Below are positions 9,207 through 18,900 of a stretch of DNA of 64,000 nucleotides, piece by piece. Every line of letters starts with the position of its first letter. Position 1 is the first letter of the stretch. Position numbers and translations under genes: made by a program. The DNA is from Candidatus Peregrinibacteria bacterium (GTDB lineage: Bacteria > Patescibacteriota > Gracilibacteria > UBA1369): positions 1 to 64,000 of the forward strand of contig OY970195.1 of NCBI GenBank assembly GCA_963708185.1, in the 5' to 3' direction. The notes beneath the pieces were generated by a model. The model was not told the origin of the DNA. It saw only the letters and a list, made by a program, of their open reading frames with translations, and made no database searches.

Positions 9207-10043
9207 TCAAGGTTTCAGGAGAATATCGATGATGACTCCCGGATCAGAGTATTTCATGAGAAGTCTGTGAAGTTCCGTGCAGTGATCCTGTAGTTCTTTT
9301 CCCGCCATTTTTTTTGAATCCTGGATGAAAGCTTCTTCAAAAGAATCTGTTATTTTTCCCCGGATGTCCTTTCTCATGAGGAGGACGTTCTGGTCCACTT
9401 TTCCTTCCTTGACCAGTACTCTGAGTAGCTCATCGGGGTCTTTTTTCATGCTTTTCATTTCAGCGGCATCGGCAATTTCGAAACTGAGCTCTTCTTTTTC
9501 TTCGTCGGAAAGAAGTTCGATGAGGGAGTTCGGGATATCGATTCCGAACCAAGCGCATTCCACGGCCAGCGCGAGCCGGAAGCGTTGTTTGCAGACTTTT
9601 ATGAAATTTGCGTCCATGGCAAAAAGGACCATCAGTCCCCGGAGTTTGGCGATGTGTGATTTGAGTTCGTCATGTTCATAAGGATCGGCCAGGGTATGAT
9701 CCCATTCTTCAAAGTAGGATTCTTCGGAAAACAGCATTTCAAACTTGTCGATAAAATTTTGATCCATATTTTCTTTTTTTAATCCTTCGATGATCGCGAC
9801 GACGCCAAAAACAGGATCGTCCTCTGTAAGATAAATCAGCGCCCATTCGACCGAAAAGTGCTGGCTGAGATCGTCAAACTCGGCCGGGAGTTTATTGATG
9901 TAGCGTTCAAAATGCTCAGGAGTATCCATATTCAGTCTTTTTGCAAAAAAGAGCGCTCGCATGTGGTTCAGTTCAGCAAGCTGTTTCTGAAAAGGGGTTG
10001 GCTCTTGCGGTTTTTCCGATCCCGACAACTGATCCTTGGCCAT
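9207..10043 (-). CDS. hypothetical acidic helical protein
   Basis: Long ORF filling the gap between genes; likely start MAKDQ at 10043. No recognised motif. Confidence 0.7.
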   Translation of the reverse strand: MAKDQLSGSEKPQEPTPFQKQLAELNHMRALFFAKRLNMDTPEHFERYINKLPAEFDDLSQHFSVEWALIYLTEDDPVFGVVAIIEGLKKENMDQNFIDKFEMLFSEESYFEEWDHTLADPYEHDELKSHIAKLRGLMVLFAMDANFIKVCKQRFRLALAVECAWFGIDIPNSLIELLSDEEKEELSFEIADAAEMKSMKKDPDELLRVLVKEGKVDQNVLLMRKDIRGKITDSFEEAFIQDSKKMAGKELQDHCTELHRLLMKYSDPGVIIDILLKP

Positions 10044-10208
10044 AACATCATAAAAACAGGAGCTCAATGTAGCCATTCCTTGATATCACGTCAATTAAAA
10101 AATATTTGAATGTTTGTTCAAGTCCAAATTTCGTTTTGTGTAATTTTTCAAGGACGAACCGTTATATCCTATTGAATACAGGTTTACATTTTCACCCCCC
10201 AAAAATCT

Positions 10209-13163
10209 ATGCGGAAAATTTTTAAAATTTGGGCCGGCGTTAGCCTCGCCGCTCTTGCGGCGAGTCTTTTGCCGACGGCTTTTGCCCAGACAGCGACAAC
10301 CACGACAACAAGCTCGGGCGTTTCAACGTCAAGTGCCATGACCCAGGCTTCGGCCCCTTTTCCCGACGTTTCTTCGGATTACGTCAATGCCGACGCCATT
10401 GATTATTTAAAGACTCAGGGCGTCGTTCAGGGCTATCCTGACGGGGATTATCATCCTTCGGATGAGATCAACCGTGCGGAATTCACCAAGATTGTCATGG
10501 GGTCCCTTGATTCCAATCCTTCGGGAGCGAACTGCTTTCCGGACGTGAAGGACGAATGGTTCGCGCCGTATGTGTGTGAAGCCAAGTCCAAGGGGATTAT
10601 TTCCGGATACGATGACGGAACGTTCAAACCTGCCGATACGATAAATTTTTCTGAAGCTGCAAAGATCATCGTCAACGCCTACGGAATTCAGGAAGGGCAG
10701 ACCGGTGATCAATGGTTTAAACCTTACGTGACTGCACTGCAGGGCAAGAACGACATTCCTTTGTCCGTCGAATTTTTCAACGAAAATGTCAAAAGAGATG
10801 CCATGGCGGAGATGATTTATCGTTTGAAGGCGAACGTGAGCGATAAAGCCACGAGAACCTACGACGAAGTGGTCGGTGATAATTTTGTGACAGTGAACTC
10901 CTGCCAGGATCTCCAGCAGCGTTTCGACGAACAGAGTGCCTATAATTCCGCTGCAGGAGTGGGATCGGTTTCAAGAGATGTCATGCTGGAACAACCGGTC
11001 GGAGCTCCAGTTCCTACGACGAGCCAGATGGCCCCTGAGGCGGCTCCAACCTCGGGCGCCCAGCTTCAGACAACATCCAACGCTCTTTCCTCTGCTGATC
11101 AGGGAGCGGCAACGTCACAAGGAGCCGCCACGGATTTTTCTACAACCAATGTTCAGGTCGCTGGCGTCGATGAAGGTGATGTCATCAAGAATGACGGAAA
11201 ATATATTTATATCATTAAAGGAAGCGAACTGAGGGTCGTTGAGGCATATCCGGCGGAAAACCTCAAAGAGCTTGTCAGTTTTACGCTCGGTAATCCTGAT
11301 GAAACGTTTAATCCCACGGAGATGTACGTGGACGGGAACCAGCTGACGGTCGTCGGCTCCGACTATAAGACCCCGTATGGAACTCCGACACCGGTACCGA
11401 TGGAGTCGACGACTTCGGGCGGGTCAACCGGTTCGGCTGGTGCTGTCAGCGGTTCCGGCGGAACCGCGGTGCCCGATGCAACGGGAGCTCCGGCAATGCA
11501 GGGGACAACTGTACAGGTTACTCCGACGTCGGCACCGAACATGATGATATATCCTTACTATAATTCAACCCGCACCAAGGTTTTCGTCATCGACATTACC
11601 GACAGGACCAAGCCGGTCGTTACCAGGTCCGTTGAGTTCGACGGGAACTACTACACCTCGAGAAAAGTGGGGAGCACGCTTTATATGGTCATGAACTATT
11701 ACTATTCACCGATTGTGTATTACGGCGCGATGCAGCCGGGAGTCGTGGACTCCGCGAGCGGCGGTACTGCCACTTCGACTTCCGCTTCGACCGTGGATCC
11801 CGCACTCGTCCCGCAGATGGTCGATACGAAAACGGGAACACAGGAAGCCATCGCTTCATGTTCGCAGATCCGCATCCTGCCCAAGGAAGATAATTTCAAT
11901 TATCTTATCACCGCCGCGGTGCCGTTGAGCGACCTTTCGAAAAATGTTTCGCGAAGTGTCGTTATCGGGAGTTCGGACAATGTCTATGCATCGCAGAATA
12001 ATCTTTACGTCGCCGCCAATGACTGGGGTGGTGGTTTTTACCGCCCTTACGGCGATTACGATACGGCCGTCTACAAGTTCGCCCTTGGCAACGGAACCAT
12101 CACCTACAACTCCAAGGGAAAGGTTCCCGGCCAGTTGCTCAATCAGTTCAGCATGGATGAGTCCAACGGTTATTTCCGCGTCGCCACCACCAAGAACGAG
12201 TATGTTCCAGGATCTGAGATCAACAACAACGTTTATGTCCTCGATTCGGGGATGAAACTGACGGGGAAGATTGAAAATATCGCTCCGGGTGAGAAACTTT
12301 ATTCCGCACGATTTATGGGCAACAAGGCGTACCTCGTGACCTTCAAGCGAGTGGATCCGTTTTTTGTTCTTGATCTGAGCAGCCCGACGAACCCGAAGAT
12401 CGCAGGGAAGCTCAAGATCCCGGGATACAGCGAATATCTCCAGCCGTACGACGATAACCACATCCTTGGTTTCGGTTACGACGTCGACGCTTCACTGGTG
12501 ACTCCGGATACGGATTTTTTGCCTTACAACGCCAAAAAGGGTTTGAAGATCAGCATGTTTGACGTCACCAATCTCGCCAATCCGAAAGAGATGTTTACCA
12601 CCATCATCGGTGACCAGGGGACGTACAGCGAAGTGCTTGATAATCATAAAGCTTTGCTTTTCGATAAGGACAAGCAACTCCTGGCTCTTCCGATCACGGT
12701 GTATCAGCAGCAGTCGTCCGCAGCCTGCACGGACTATACCTATTCGACCTGTCCGACGTCCTGCCAGCAGATCTGCGTTCCGTCTTCATGTACCTATAAT
12801 AACGGCATCAAGGTATGCACTACGGATTGTGACGGCGCTAACAGCTGTCTCCAGCCGAGCAACGTGTACCCGGTTCCGGTTTTTGACGGGGCGTACGTCT
12901 ACACCGTGAATTTGACCGACGGGTTCCAGCTGAAAGGAAAGATCACACACTATAATGCCGACGAGCAGGCTTCGCTTGCCACCAACGGTTATACGAACTA
13001 TGAAAAGACTATCCAGCGTTTGCTGTACATGGGAGAGGATCTCTACAGTGTTTCGCAGGGAGCAGTGAAAGCCAACGCGCTTTCCGATCTCAGTGAAAAG
13101 AACATGATCGAGCTCGCGGGGTCGGTGTACCAGATTTATTACGGCAAACCCTTGCCGCTGTAA
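10209..13163 (+). CDS. secreted SLH + beta-propeller (Beta_propel-like) protein
   Basis: Signal peptide and N-terminal SLH repeats. STTNVQVAGVDEGDVIKNDGKYIY, GEKLYSARFMG..YLVTFKRVDPFFVLDLS and GKLKIPGYSEYLQP are typical of the family. Confidence 0.88.
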   Translation: MRKIFKIWAGVSLAALAASLLPTAFAQTATTTTTSSGVSTSSAMTQASAPFPDVSSDYVNADAIDYLKTQGVVQGYPDGDYHPSDEINRAEFTKIVMGSLDSNPSGANCFPDVKDEWFAPYVCEAKSKGIISGYDDGTFKPADTINFSEAAKIIVNAYGIQEGQTGDQWFKPYVTALQGKNDIPLSVEFFNENVKRDAMAEMIYRLKANVSDKATRTYDEVVGDNFVTVNSCQDLQQRFDEQSAYNSAAGVGSVSRDVMLEQPVGAPVPTTSQMAPEAAPTSGAQLQTTSNALSSADQGAATSQGAATDFSTTNVQVAGVDEGDVIKNDGKYIYIIKGSELRVVEAYPAENLKELVSFTLGNPDETFNPTEMYVDGNQLTVVGSDYKTPYGTPTPVPMESTTSGGSTGSAGAVSGSGGTAVPDATGAPAMQGTTVQVTPTSAPNMMIYPYYNSTRTKVFVIDITDRTKPVVTRSVEFDGNYYTSRKVGSTLYMVMNYYYSPIVYYGAMQPGVVDSASGGTATSTSASTVDPALVPQMVDTKTGTQEAIASCSQIRILPKEDNFNYLITAAVPLSDLSKNVSRSVVIGSSDNVYASQNNLYVAANDWGGGFYRPYGDYDTAVYKFALGNGTITYNSKGKVPGQLLNQFSMDESNGYFRVATTKNEYVPGSEINNNVYVLDSGMKLTGKIENIAPGEKLYSARFMGNKAYLVTFKRVDPFFVLDLSSPTNPKIAGKLKIPGYSEYLQPYDDNHILGFGYDVDASLVTPDTDFLPYNAKKGLKISMFDVTNLANPKEMFTTIIGDQGTYSEVLDNHKALLFDKDKQLLALPITVYQQQSSAACTDYTYSTCPTSCQQICVPSSCTYNNGIKVCTTDCDGANSCLQPSNVYPVPVFDGAYVYTVNLTDGFQLKGKITHYNADEQASLATNGYTNYEKTIQRLLYMGEDLYSVSQGAVKANALSDLSEKNMIELAGSVYQIYYGKPLPL

Positions 13164-13189
13164 TCCGGCGTGAATTTATTTTGTGCGTT

Positions 13190-13217
13190 AAGAAGCCCCT
13201 TGAAAAAGGGGCTTCTT
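13190..13217 (+). terminator. intrinsic terminator hairpin
   Basis: AAGAAGCCCCTT-GAAA-AAGGGGCTTCTT. Confidence 0.75.
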
Positions 13218-13295
13218 GGTAATTTGTAAAAACCCCTTTCTTTTTAGAGCGGGTTGGGGGTATAAAAGGAACGGCCAGATTTTAACTCTCCTTCT

Positions 13296-14225
13296 ATGAA
13301 GAACTTTGCCGGGTCGGACATCCTCTCCACCACGGATTTATCGAGGGACGATATTGAACATATCTTCAAGGTTTCCGAGCAGTTCCTGCCGGTGGCTTTG
13401 AAGGAAAAAACGTCCAACTTGCTCGAAAATAAGTTGATGGCTGCGCTTTTCTACGAGCCCAGCACGCGAACGAGGTTGAGTTTTGAGGCTGCCATGAACC
13501 GTCTCGGCGGTCGTGTGCTTACCGTTGTCGGTTCGGAATATTCTTCCCTGGCCAAAGGAGAAACGTTGTGGGATACGGGAAAAATGATCGAAAAATACGT
13601 CGATGTCATCGTGATGCGTCATCCTCAGCCGGGTTCGCCCAAAGAAATTGCTGAAAGTGCGTCGGTACCGGTCATCAACGCAGGAGACGGTTCCGGAGAA
13701 CACCCCACGCAGGCTTTGTTGGACGTATTCACCATTACCCAGGAACGCAAAAAAGTCGACGGCCTGACGATCGCCCTGGTCGGTGACCTGAAGTATGGCA
13801 GAACGGTTCATTCGCTTTCGCATCTTCTTCCGCATTTTAAAATCAAACTGATCCTTGTCTCTCCCGAAAAACTGCGTATGCCTTCGGAAATTACCGATAA
13901 ACTCAAGCAGAACAATGTTGAGTTTGAAGAGACGGAAGATCTTGAGGTCGCTTTAAAAAACGCTCAGGTGATTTATGATACCAGGGTCCAGAAGGAACGT
14001 TTTTCCGATCCTGCTGAGTACGAAAAATATAAACACTACTACGTTCTGACCAGAGCGCTCATCGAGAAACATAATTCAAACATCACCATCATGCATCCGT
14101 TGCCCCGTGTGGGAGAGATCAACCAGGACGTTGATGATCTGCCCGGTGCGGCGTACTTCCGCCAGGCCCAGAACGGTGTTGCGGTGAGAATGGCGCTGTT
14201 GGCTCTGGTTCTTGGGAAAGCCTAA
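13296..14225 (+). CDS. pyrB: aspartate carbamoyltransferase
   Basis: FYEPSTRTRLSFE, INAGDG..EHPTQALLD and MHPLPR. Confidence 0.97.
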   Translation: MKNFAGSDILSTTDLSRDDIEHIFKVSEQFLPVALKEKTSNLLENKLMAALFYEPSTRTRLSFEAAMNRLGGRVLTVVGSEYSSLAKGETLWDTGKMIEKYVDVIVMRHPQPGSPKEIAESASVPVINAGDGSGEHPTQALLDVFTITQERKKVDGLTIALVGDLKYGRTVHSLSHLLPHFKIKLILVSPEKLRMPSEITDKLKQNNVEFEETEDLEVALKNAQVIYDTRVQKERFSDPAEYEKYKHYYVLTRALIEKHNSNITIMHPLPRVGEINQDVDDLPGAAYFRQAQNGVAVRMALLALVLGKA

Positions 14226-14278
14226 TGGCAATTTGCCGTCGCTTTTGATAAGCTTTGCGTAACATCAAAGTTTTTTTC

Positions 14279-15625
14279 ATGAAAGAGTTTGTCCTCCACA
14301 ATGCGAATATCGTGACTCCCGCCGGGATCGTTGCGGGATACGTTGTCGTTCGGGACGGAAAAATAGAGACCGTTGAGAAAGGTTCGTACGCGGGCACACT
14401 TGAAGCGATCGATCTTGGTGAAAAATATCTTCTGCCGGGGTTGATTGACGCGCATGTGCATTTTCGTACGCCCGGAATGGAACAGAAAGAGGATTGGACT
14501 TGCGGGTCAAAAGCCGCACTCGCCGGAGGCGTGACGACGGTTCTGGACATGCCGAATACCAATCCTCCGACGACCAGCGAATCTTCTCTGGAGTTGAAAC
14601 GCACGTTGGTGAAAAAGGATGCATTGGTGAACTACGGTTTTTTTGCCGGAGCCACCAAGGATAACCTTCAGGATCTGAAGGCTATGAAGGGTATCGCCGG
14701 GATCAAAGTGTACATGGGGAGTTCGACCGGGAATCTTCTCGTCGACGACGTCAAGGCGCTGGAAGCGTTGATGAAGGCTTTCGGGTCCGATGGTGATGAA
14801 CAGCGGATTTTGGCTTTACATGCGGAAAACGAGGAATGCATCCAGAAGGGTTTTCACGACCATGAAGGTGAAGATGATCCCGCGGTTCATTCCAAAATCC
14901 GCGCTCCCGAATGTGCGGAGGAAGCGGTACAAACGGCACTGGGACTCGTTGAAAAATACAAGACGCGCGTCCACCTTTGTCACGTAACGACCCGTGCGGA
15001 ACTTGCCCTGGTACGGAAATTTCGCAAAGAGCAATCCAAAGATATTGCAGAGTTGGTGAGCGTTGAGGTAACTCCTCATCATCTTTTTTTGAGCGATAAG
15101 GATTATGAAGTGTACGGCAACCTGGTGAAAGTGAATCCGCCGCTGCGTTCGGAAGACGACGTGAAGGCTTTATGGGAGGGAATTGCCGATGGTACCGTGG
15201 ATATGATCGCCACCGACCATGCTCCGCATTTGTTGTCTGAAAAACAGTTACCTTACGCGCAGGCGCCGTCGGGCGTTCCGGGCGTGCAGACGATGCTGCC
15301 TCTGCTTTTAAACGCCGTGCATGAAGGAAAGCTTGCCCTGAAAAGGGTCGTTGAACTTTGTTCGACCCATCCCGCGCAGCGATACGGTATCAAACGAAAA
15401 GGTGCCATCACTGAAGGGAATGATGCGGACTTTACCGTTGTGGATATGAATCTCCATGAAAAGATCTGTCATCATTATTTATGGACGAAGCCGGACTGGT
15501 CGCCGTTCCACGGCTGGATGCTTACGGGCTGGCCTGTGATGACGTTTGTGTATGGGACAAAGATGTACGAGTGGAGGGAGACGTTTGGTCAAGAACTTGG
15601 AAGGGAAGTGGAGTTCGGGAGCTGA
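14279..15625 (+). CDS. pyrC: dihydroorotase
   Basis: PGLIDAHVHFRTPG, GGVTTVLDMPNT, KVNPPLR and IATDHAPH; follows pyrB. Confidence 0.93.
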   Translation: MKEFVLHNANIVTPAGIVAGYVVVRDGKIETVEKGSYAGTLEAIDLGEKYLLPGLIDAHVHFRTPGMEQKEDWTCGSKAALAGGVTTVLDMPNTNPPTTSESSLELKRTLVKKDALVNYGFFAGATKDNLQDLKAMKGIAGIKVYMGSSTGNLLVDDVKALEALMKAFGSDGDEQRILALHAENEECIQKGFHDHEGEDDPAVHSKIRAPECAEEAVQTALGLVEKYKTRVHLCHVTTRAELALVRKFRKEQSKDIAELVSVEVTPHHLFLSDKDYEVYGNLVKVNPPLRSEDDVKALWEGIADGTVDMIATDHAPHLLSEKQLPYAQAPSGVPGVQTMLPLLLNAVHEGKLALKRVVELCSTHPAQRYGIKRKGAITEGNDADFTVVDMNLHEKICHHYLWTKPDWSPFHGWMLTGWPVMTFVYGTKMYEWRETFGQELGREVEFGS

Positions 15626-15702
15626 TTTTCATCAAGGCGCTCGTGACTTTAGTTTAATATTATTGTATAATAATATAATATATTTATATTGTACGTTTTG
15701 TC

Positions 15703-16653
15703 ATGTCTCAAGCCTGCTCAATGAAGCCAAAATTCCAGACCCAGTTCAAGGTTTCCGTCATAGGATGCGGAAGCGTGGGGTCTACTGCGGCATACGCCAT
15801 GCTTTTGGACAGTACTCCGTCCGAGCTTGTTCTTGTTGATCAAAACAAGGATAAAGCCCACGGGTTGCTTCTGGATTTTGAACATTCGCTTCCTTTCGTG
15901 AATTACACCAAAGTAACGGCTTCCGACGGTTATGAGGCATGTGCCGGTTCCCAACTGGTCGTGATCACCGCGGGGGCGCGGCAGGCTCCCGGAGAAACCC
16001 GCCTGCAGCTTATTGATAAAAACCGCAAGATTTTCGAAGATATTATTCCCAAAGTGGCCAAGGCCGCGCCCGATAGTATCTTGCTCATTATTTCCAATCC
16101 CGTTGATGTTCTGGTGTATGAAGCGTTAAAGCTTTCCGGATTCCCGGAAAATCGCGTTTTTGGAAGCGGAACGATGTTGGATACTTCGCGTTTTCGTTTT
16201 CATATTTCCGAGCAACTTTGCCTCAGCCCGAAAAGTATTGAAGCTTTTATCCTGGGAGAACATGGGGATACTTCGTTCCCCGTATTCAGTTCCGCAAATG
16301 TTGCCGGGAAACGTCTTTTCGACTTCGAAGGGTTCACCCGGAAAGTTGCGGACCAATGTTATGAAGATACAAAAAATGCCGCGTATCGTATTATCCACGA
16401 CATGGGCTTTACCTGTTATTCCATCGCCACCGTCATCCGAGAGATCATGACCAATATTTTCCAGCATTCCAAGATCGTGGTGCCGCTGTCGGTGAAATTG
16501 AAAGATTATTACGGCCACAGCGATGTCGCCTTGAGCGTGCCGTGCGTGCTTGACAGCAGCGGCGTTTCGGAGGTCATCAAAGTTCCGCTCGACCAAAAAG
16601 AGCAGGAGATGCTGGCGGAGTCGGTCAAGGCCCTCAAGGGGTATCTTGGTTAG
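15703..16653 (+). CDS. ldh: L-lactate dehydrogenase
   Basis: GCGSVG, ITAGARQAPGETRLQL (Gln at the specificity position), SNPVD, GSGTMLDTSR and GEHGD. Alternative start at 15721. Confidence 0.9.
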   Translation: MSQACSMKPKFQTQFKVSVIGCGSVGSTAAYAMLLDSTPSELVLVDQNKDKAHGLLLDFEHSLPFVNYTKVTASDGYEACAGSQLVVITAGARQAPGETRLQLIDKNRKIFEDIIPKVAKAAPDSILLIISNPVDVLVYEALKLSGFPENRVFGSGTMLDTSRFRFHISEQLCLSPKSIEAFILGEHGDTSFPVFSSANVAGKRLFDFEGFTRKVADQCYEDTKNAAYRIIHDMGFTCYSIATVIREIMTNIFQHSKIVVPLSVKLKDYYGHSDVALSVPCVLDSSGVSEVIKVPLDQKEQEMLAESVKALKGYLG

Positions 16654-17480
16654 GTTTTGGGGAGCAAAAGTGTGAAGGTGCAGCCTGGCCCGTCATCGTT
16701 GTTTCTGGCGCTTACCGATCCGCCGTGTTCTTCCATGATGATTCTTGTCGACGCAAGGCCGATGCCGTAGCCGCTTACTTCGGTCGTTTCACCTCTTCGG
16801 TAGGGTTGGAAAATGTCCTGATGGTTTTCAGGTAACCCGGGTCCGTGGTCTTTGATGTTGATATAACTGAAGTTTTCGTCTTCGTCGAGAAGAATTTCGA
16901 TCTTCGCGTCTTCATCGTGTCCGCTGTGTTTGACTGCATTGTTGACAAGGTTGAGTACAGCTCTAGAAAGCTGGTTTTCAAAACCATGGAAGTTCGAGAT
17001 GTTGAGGGGGTTTACCAGATTACAGTATTTTGCGAACGGTCCGAGCGATCTATGGAAAAATTTTGATACACTTATATTTTTCTTTGGAGTCTCTTTCAAC
17101 GGTATTCTTTTTGATTGTTTTGCCCTGTTTACGGTCAAAGCCTGGTCAGCCATAAGGAGGACGCTTTGTAAACTTAAAGCGATGTCATGACGGATCTGGC
17201 CTTCTTCACAGGTTTCGAAGTCACCGGATTCGAGGACTTCAAAGTTGTATACCACGGTTGCGATCGCGTTTTTTATATCATGCACTACACATGCAAGCAG
17301 GAGATTTCCGTCGGGGTCTGCATCGTCAGGAGTGGTTCTTTTTTCCCTTGCCCCAGAGGCGGGCGGGGTTGTGTTTGCTATGTTCAGTGGCGGATGGCCG
17401 GTTTCTACTCTTCGTTTAAAAACGCCTGTTGTCCGGGATGTATCATCAATCCGCTCTCCTATTTTTTTTCTGTCGTTCAT
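16650..17480 (-). CDS. histidine kinase without a sensor domain (HisKA + HATPase)
   Basis: H-box VVHDIKN, N-box NLVNNAVKH, DHGPG, and G2 GYGIGL. The ~55-aa N-terminus looks disordered and there is no TM segment. Confidence 0.88.
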   Translation of the reverse strand: MNDRKKIGERIDDTSRTTGVFKRRVETGHPPLNIANTTPPASGAREKRTTPDDADPDGNLLLACVVHDIKNAIATVVYNFEVLESGDFETCEEGQIRHDIALSLQSVLLMADQALTVNRAKQSKRIPLKETPKKNISVSKFFHRSLGPFAKYCNLVNPLNISNFHGFENQLSRAVLNLVNNAVKHSGHDEDAKIEILLDEDENFSYINIKDHGPGLPENHQDIFQPYRRGETTEVSGYGIGLASTRIIMEEHGGSVSARNNDDGPGCTFTLLLPKT

Positions 17481-17481
17481 C

Positions 17482-17507
17482 TGTAAACGTAAAATGTAAA
17501 CGTAAAA
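17482..17507. repeat. 13-bp tandem duplication TGTAAACGTAAAA x2
   Basis: Seen directly, in the 5' leader of the kinase. Confidence 0.8.
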
Positions 17508-17514
17508 GGAAGTC

Positions 17515-17557
17515 ACTGTATCAGCCTTCAGGTCATTTTAGTGATATTTTTATGATA
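17515..17557 (-). promoter_or_regulatory. promoter with 11-bp-phased TATCA repeats (OmpR/PhoB-type box)
   Basis: Extended -10 TGaTACAGT (hexamer 17515-17520). TATCA repeats at 17542-17546 and 17553-17557. Confidence 0.5.
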
Positions 17558-17572
17558 TTTACTTATATGACT

Positions 17573-18900
17573 TTAACTTTCTTCAGATGTGAACAAATGT
17601 TCATTTTTTTTGGGTGAGGCATATACCGGAATCGTGACGGTGAACTCGGTTCCTTTTCCTTTTGGATTTTTTTTGACCTGAATTGTCCCTTTCAGCTTGT
17701 GTACTATCTTTTTTGCGACATAAAGTCCAAGTCCCAATCCTTCCTGTCTTTCCCCGACCCCAGGTGTCTGCGGTAAAATTGTTCGAAAATTTTATCGTGT
17801 TCTTTTTCAGGGATACCGACCCCCGTATCCCTCACAATCGCCTGAAGCTCTTTATTGTTCAAGACGATTTCTAAAACCACGGCCCCCTTTTTTGTATATT
17901 TGATGGCGTTATCAAGAAGTATCGTGATGATCTGTTCGAGCTGCACGATGCCGCCATAATATTTTTTGTTTGAGGAAGTAATATACACTTCAAAAGCAAT
18001 TCCTTTATTTTCGGCTTTTCGCTGGAAATTTCTGATAATGGCCTCAAGCTGCTGTTCAAGGTTAAGTTTATGGATGTCCTGCGGAACTTTCGCCTCTACC
18101 TCGCGAAGGCTGAAAATGGAGTTGCAGATTTCGGCCATTCGATTGATGCTTTCCTGAATGTCCTTGGCTTTTGCGCTCAATTCCCGGTGAGTCGCCTCAT
18201 CCATATTTTTTTTCGATTTTTCCAGGAGGAAATAGATCAATTGGGAACTGTTATGGGCAATGGCGATCGGGGTTTTCAGTTCATGGCTCAGAATTGATGT
18301 CGTCGTTTTTTCAATCTCATACTGTTTTTCCAGTTTTTCGAACTGGATGCTGTTATTGATGGCTATTCCTGAAAGGTTTGCGTATAAAGCAAGCATGTCC
18401 AATTCTCTTTTGTTCAGTTGTTTTTTCCTGCTTCCAAAAGCAATGGCTCCGATCACTTTTTCACCGTGGAGAATCGGTATGCCGACGCATGATTTGATTC
18501 CTAGAAGTTTCTGAATCAGATCGAGAAGAGCGCCGGGTTTAAAAACAGGTGAGAAAAACCTGCGCAGTTTGTGGGATTGTACGATTTTCCCTTTGTTTAC
18601 GCATTGAGTGATCAACGTGTCCTTCATGGTCAACGGGTATTTGATTTTGAATACGTCAAAGGGGATGATTTTCTGTAAAATTTTATGAGCGCCTGTCGTG
18701 AAAGACTGGAGGACTAAATTGTTGTTGTCGTCTATTAAAAAATAGACGTAAAACAACGTTTTTACTTTTTGACTGATAAGTTCAAGAATGTTTGAACTTG
18801 TACTCGACAAATTGCCCTTGGTAAGGATCATTTTTGAAATGTCCTGCAAGAACAACACGTCATTGACATATTCTGATTTTATATTATTTTTATCGCTCAC
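17573..18900 (-). pseudogene. cytoplasmic GAF-domain histidine kinase, frameshifted just before the G2 box (or sequencing error)
   Basis: GAF-like region (VGIPILHGEKVIGAIAFG..RELDMLALYANLSGIAINN), H-box LSHELKTP, LLDNAIKY and DTGVG. The frame stops at 17704, but the -1 frame continues QEGLGLGLYVAKKIVHKLKGTIQV..GKGTEFTVTIP to TAA at 17573. GTG start at 18900. Confidence 0.85.

Noticed and set aside
13220-13295. Possible PyrR attenuator before pyrB
   Set aside because: No AGUCCAGAGAGGCU-type binding loop and no pyrR in the window.
17590-17603. TGAACAAATGTTCA, resembling a GAAC-N4-GTTC LexA box
   Set aside because: It lies within the frameshifted kinase tail. Only a one-mismatch second copy (~10106-10121) was seen and none before dinG, which is insufficient support.
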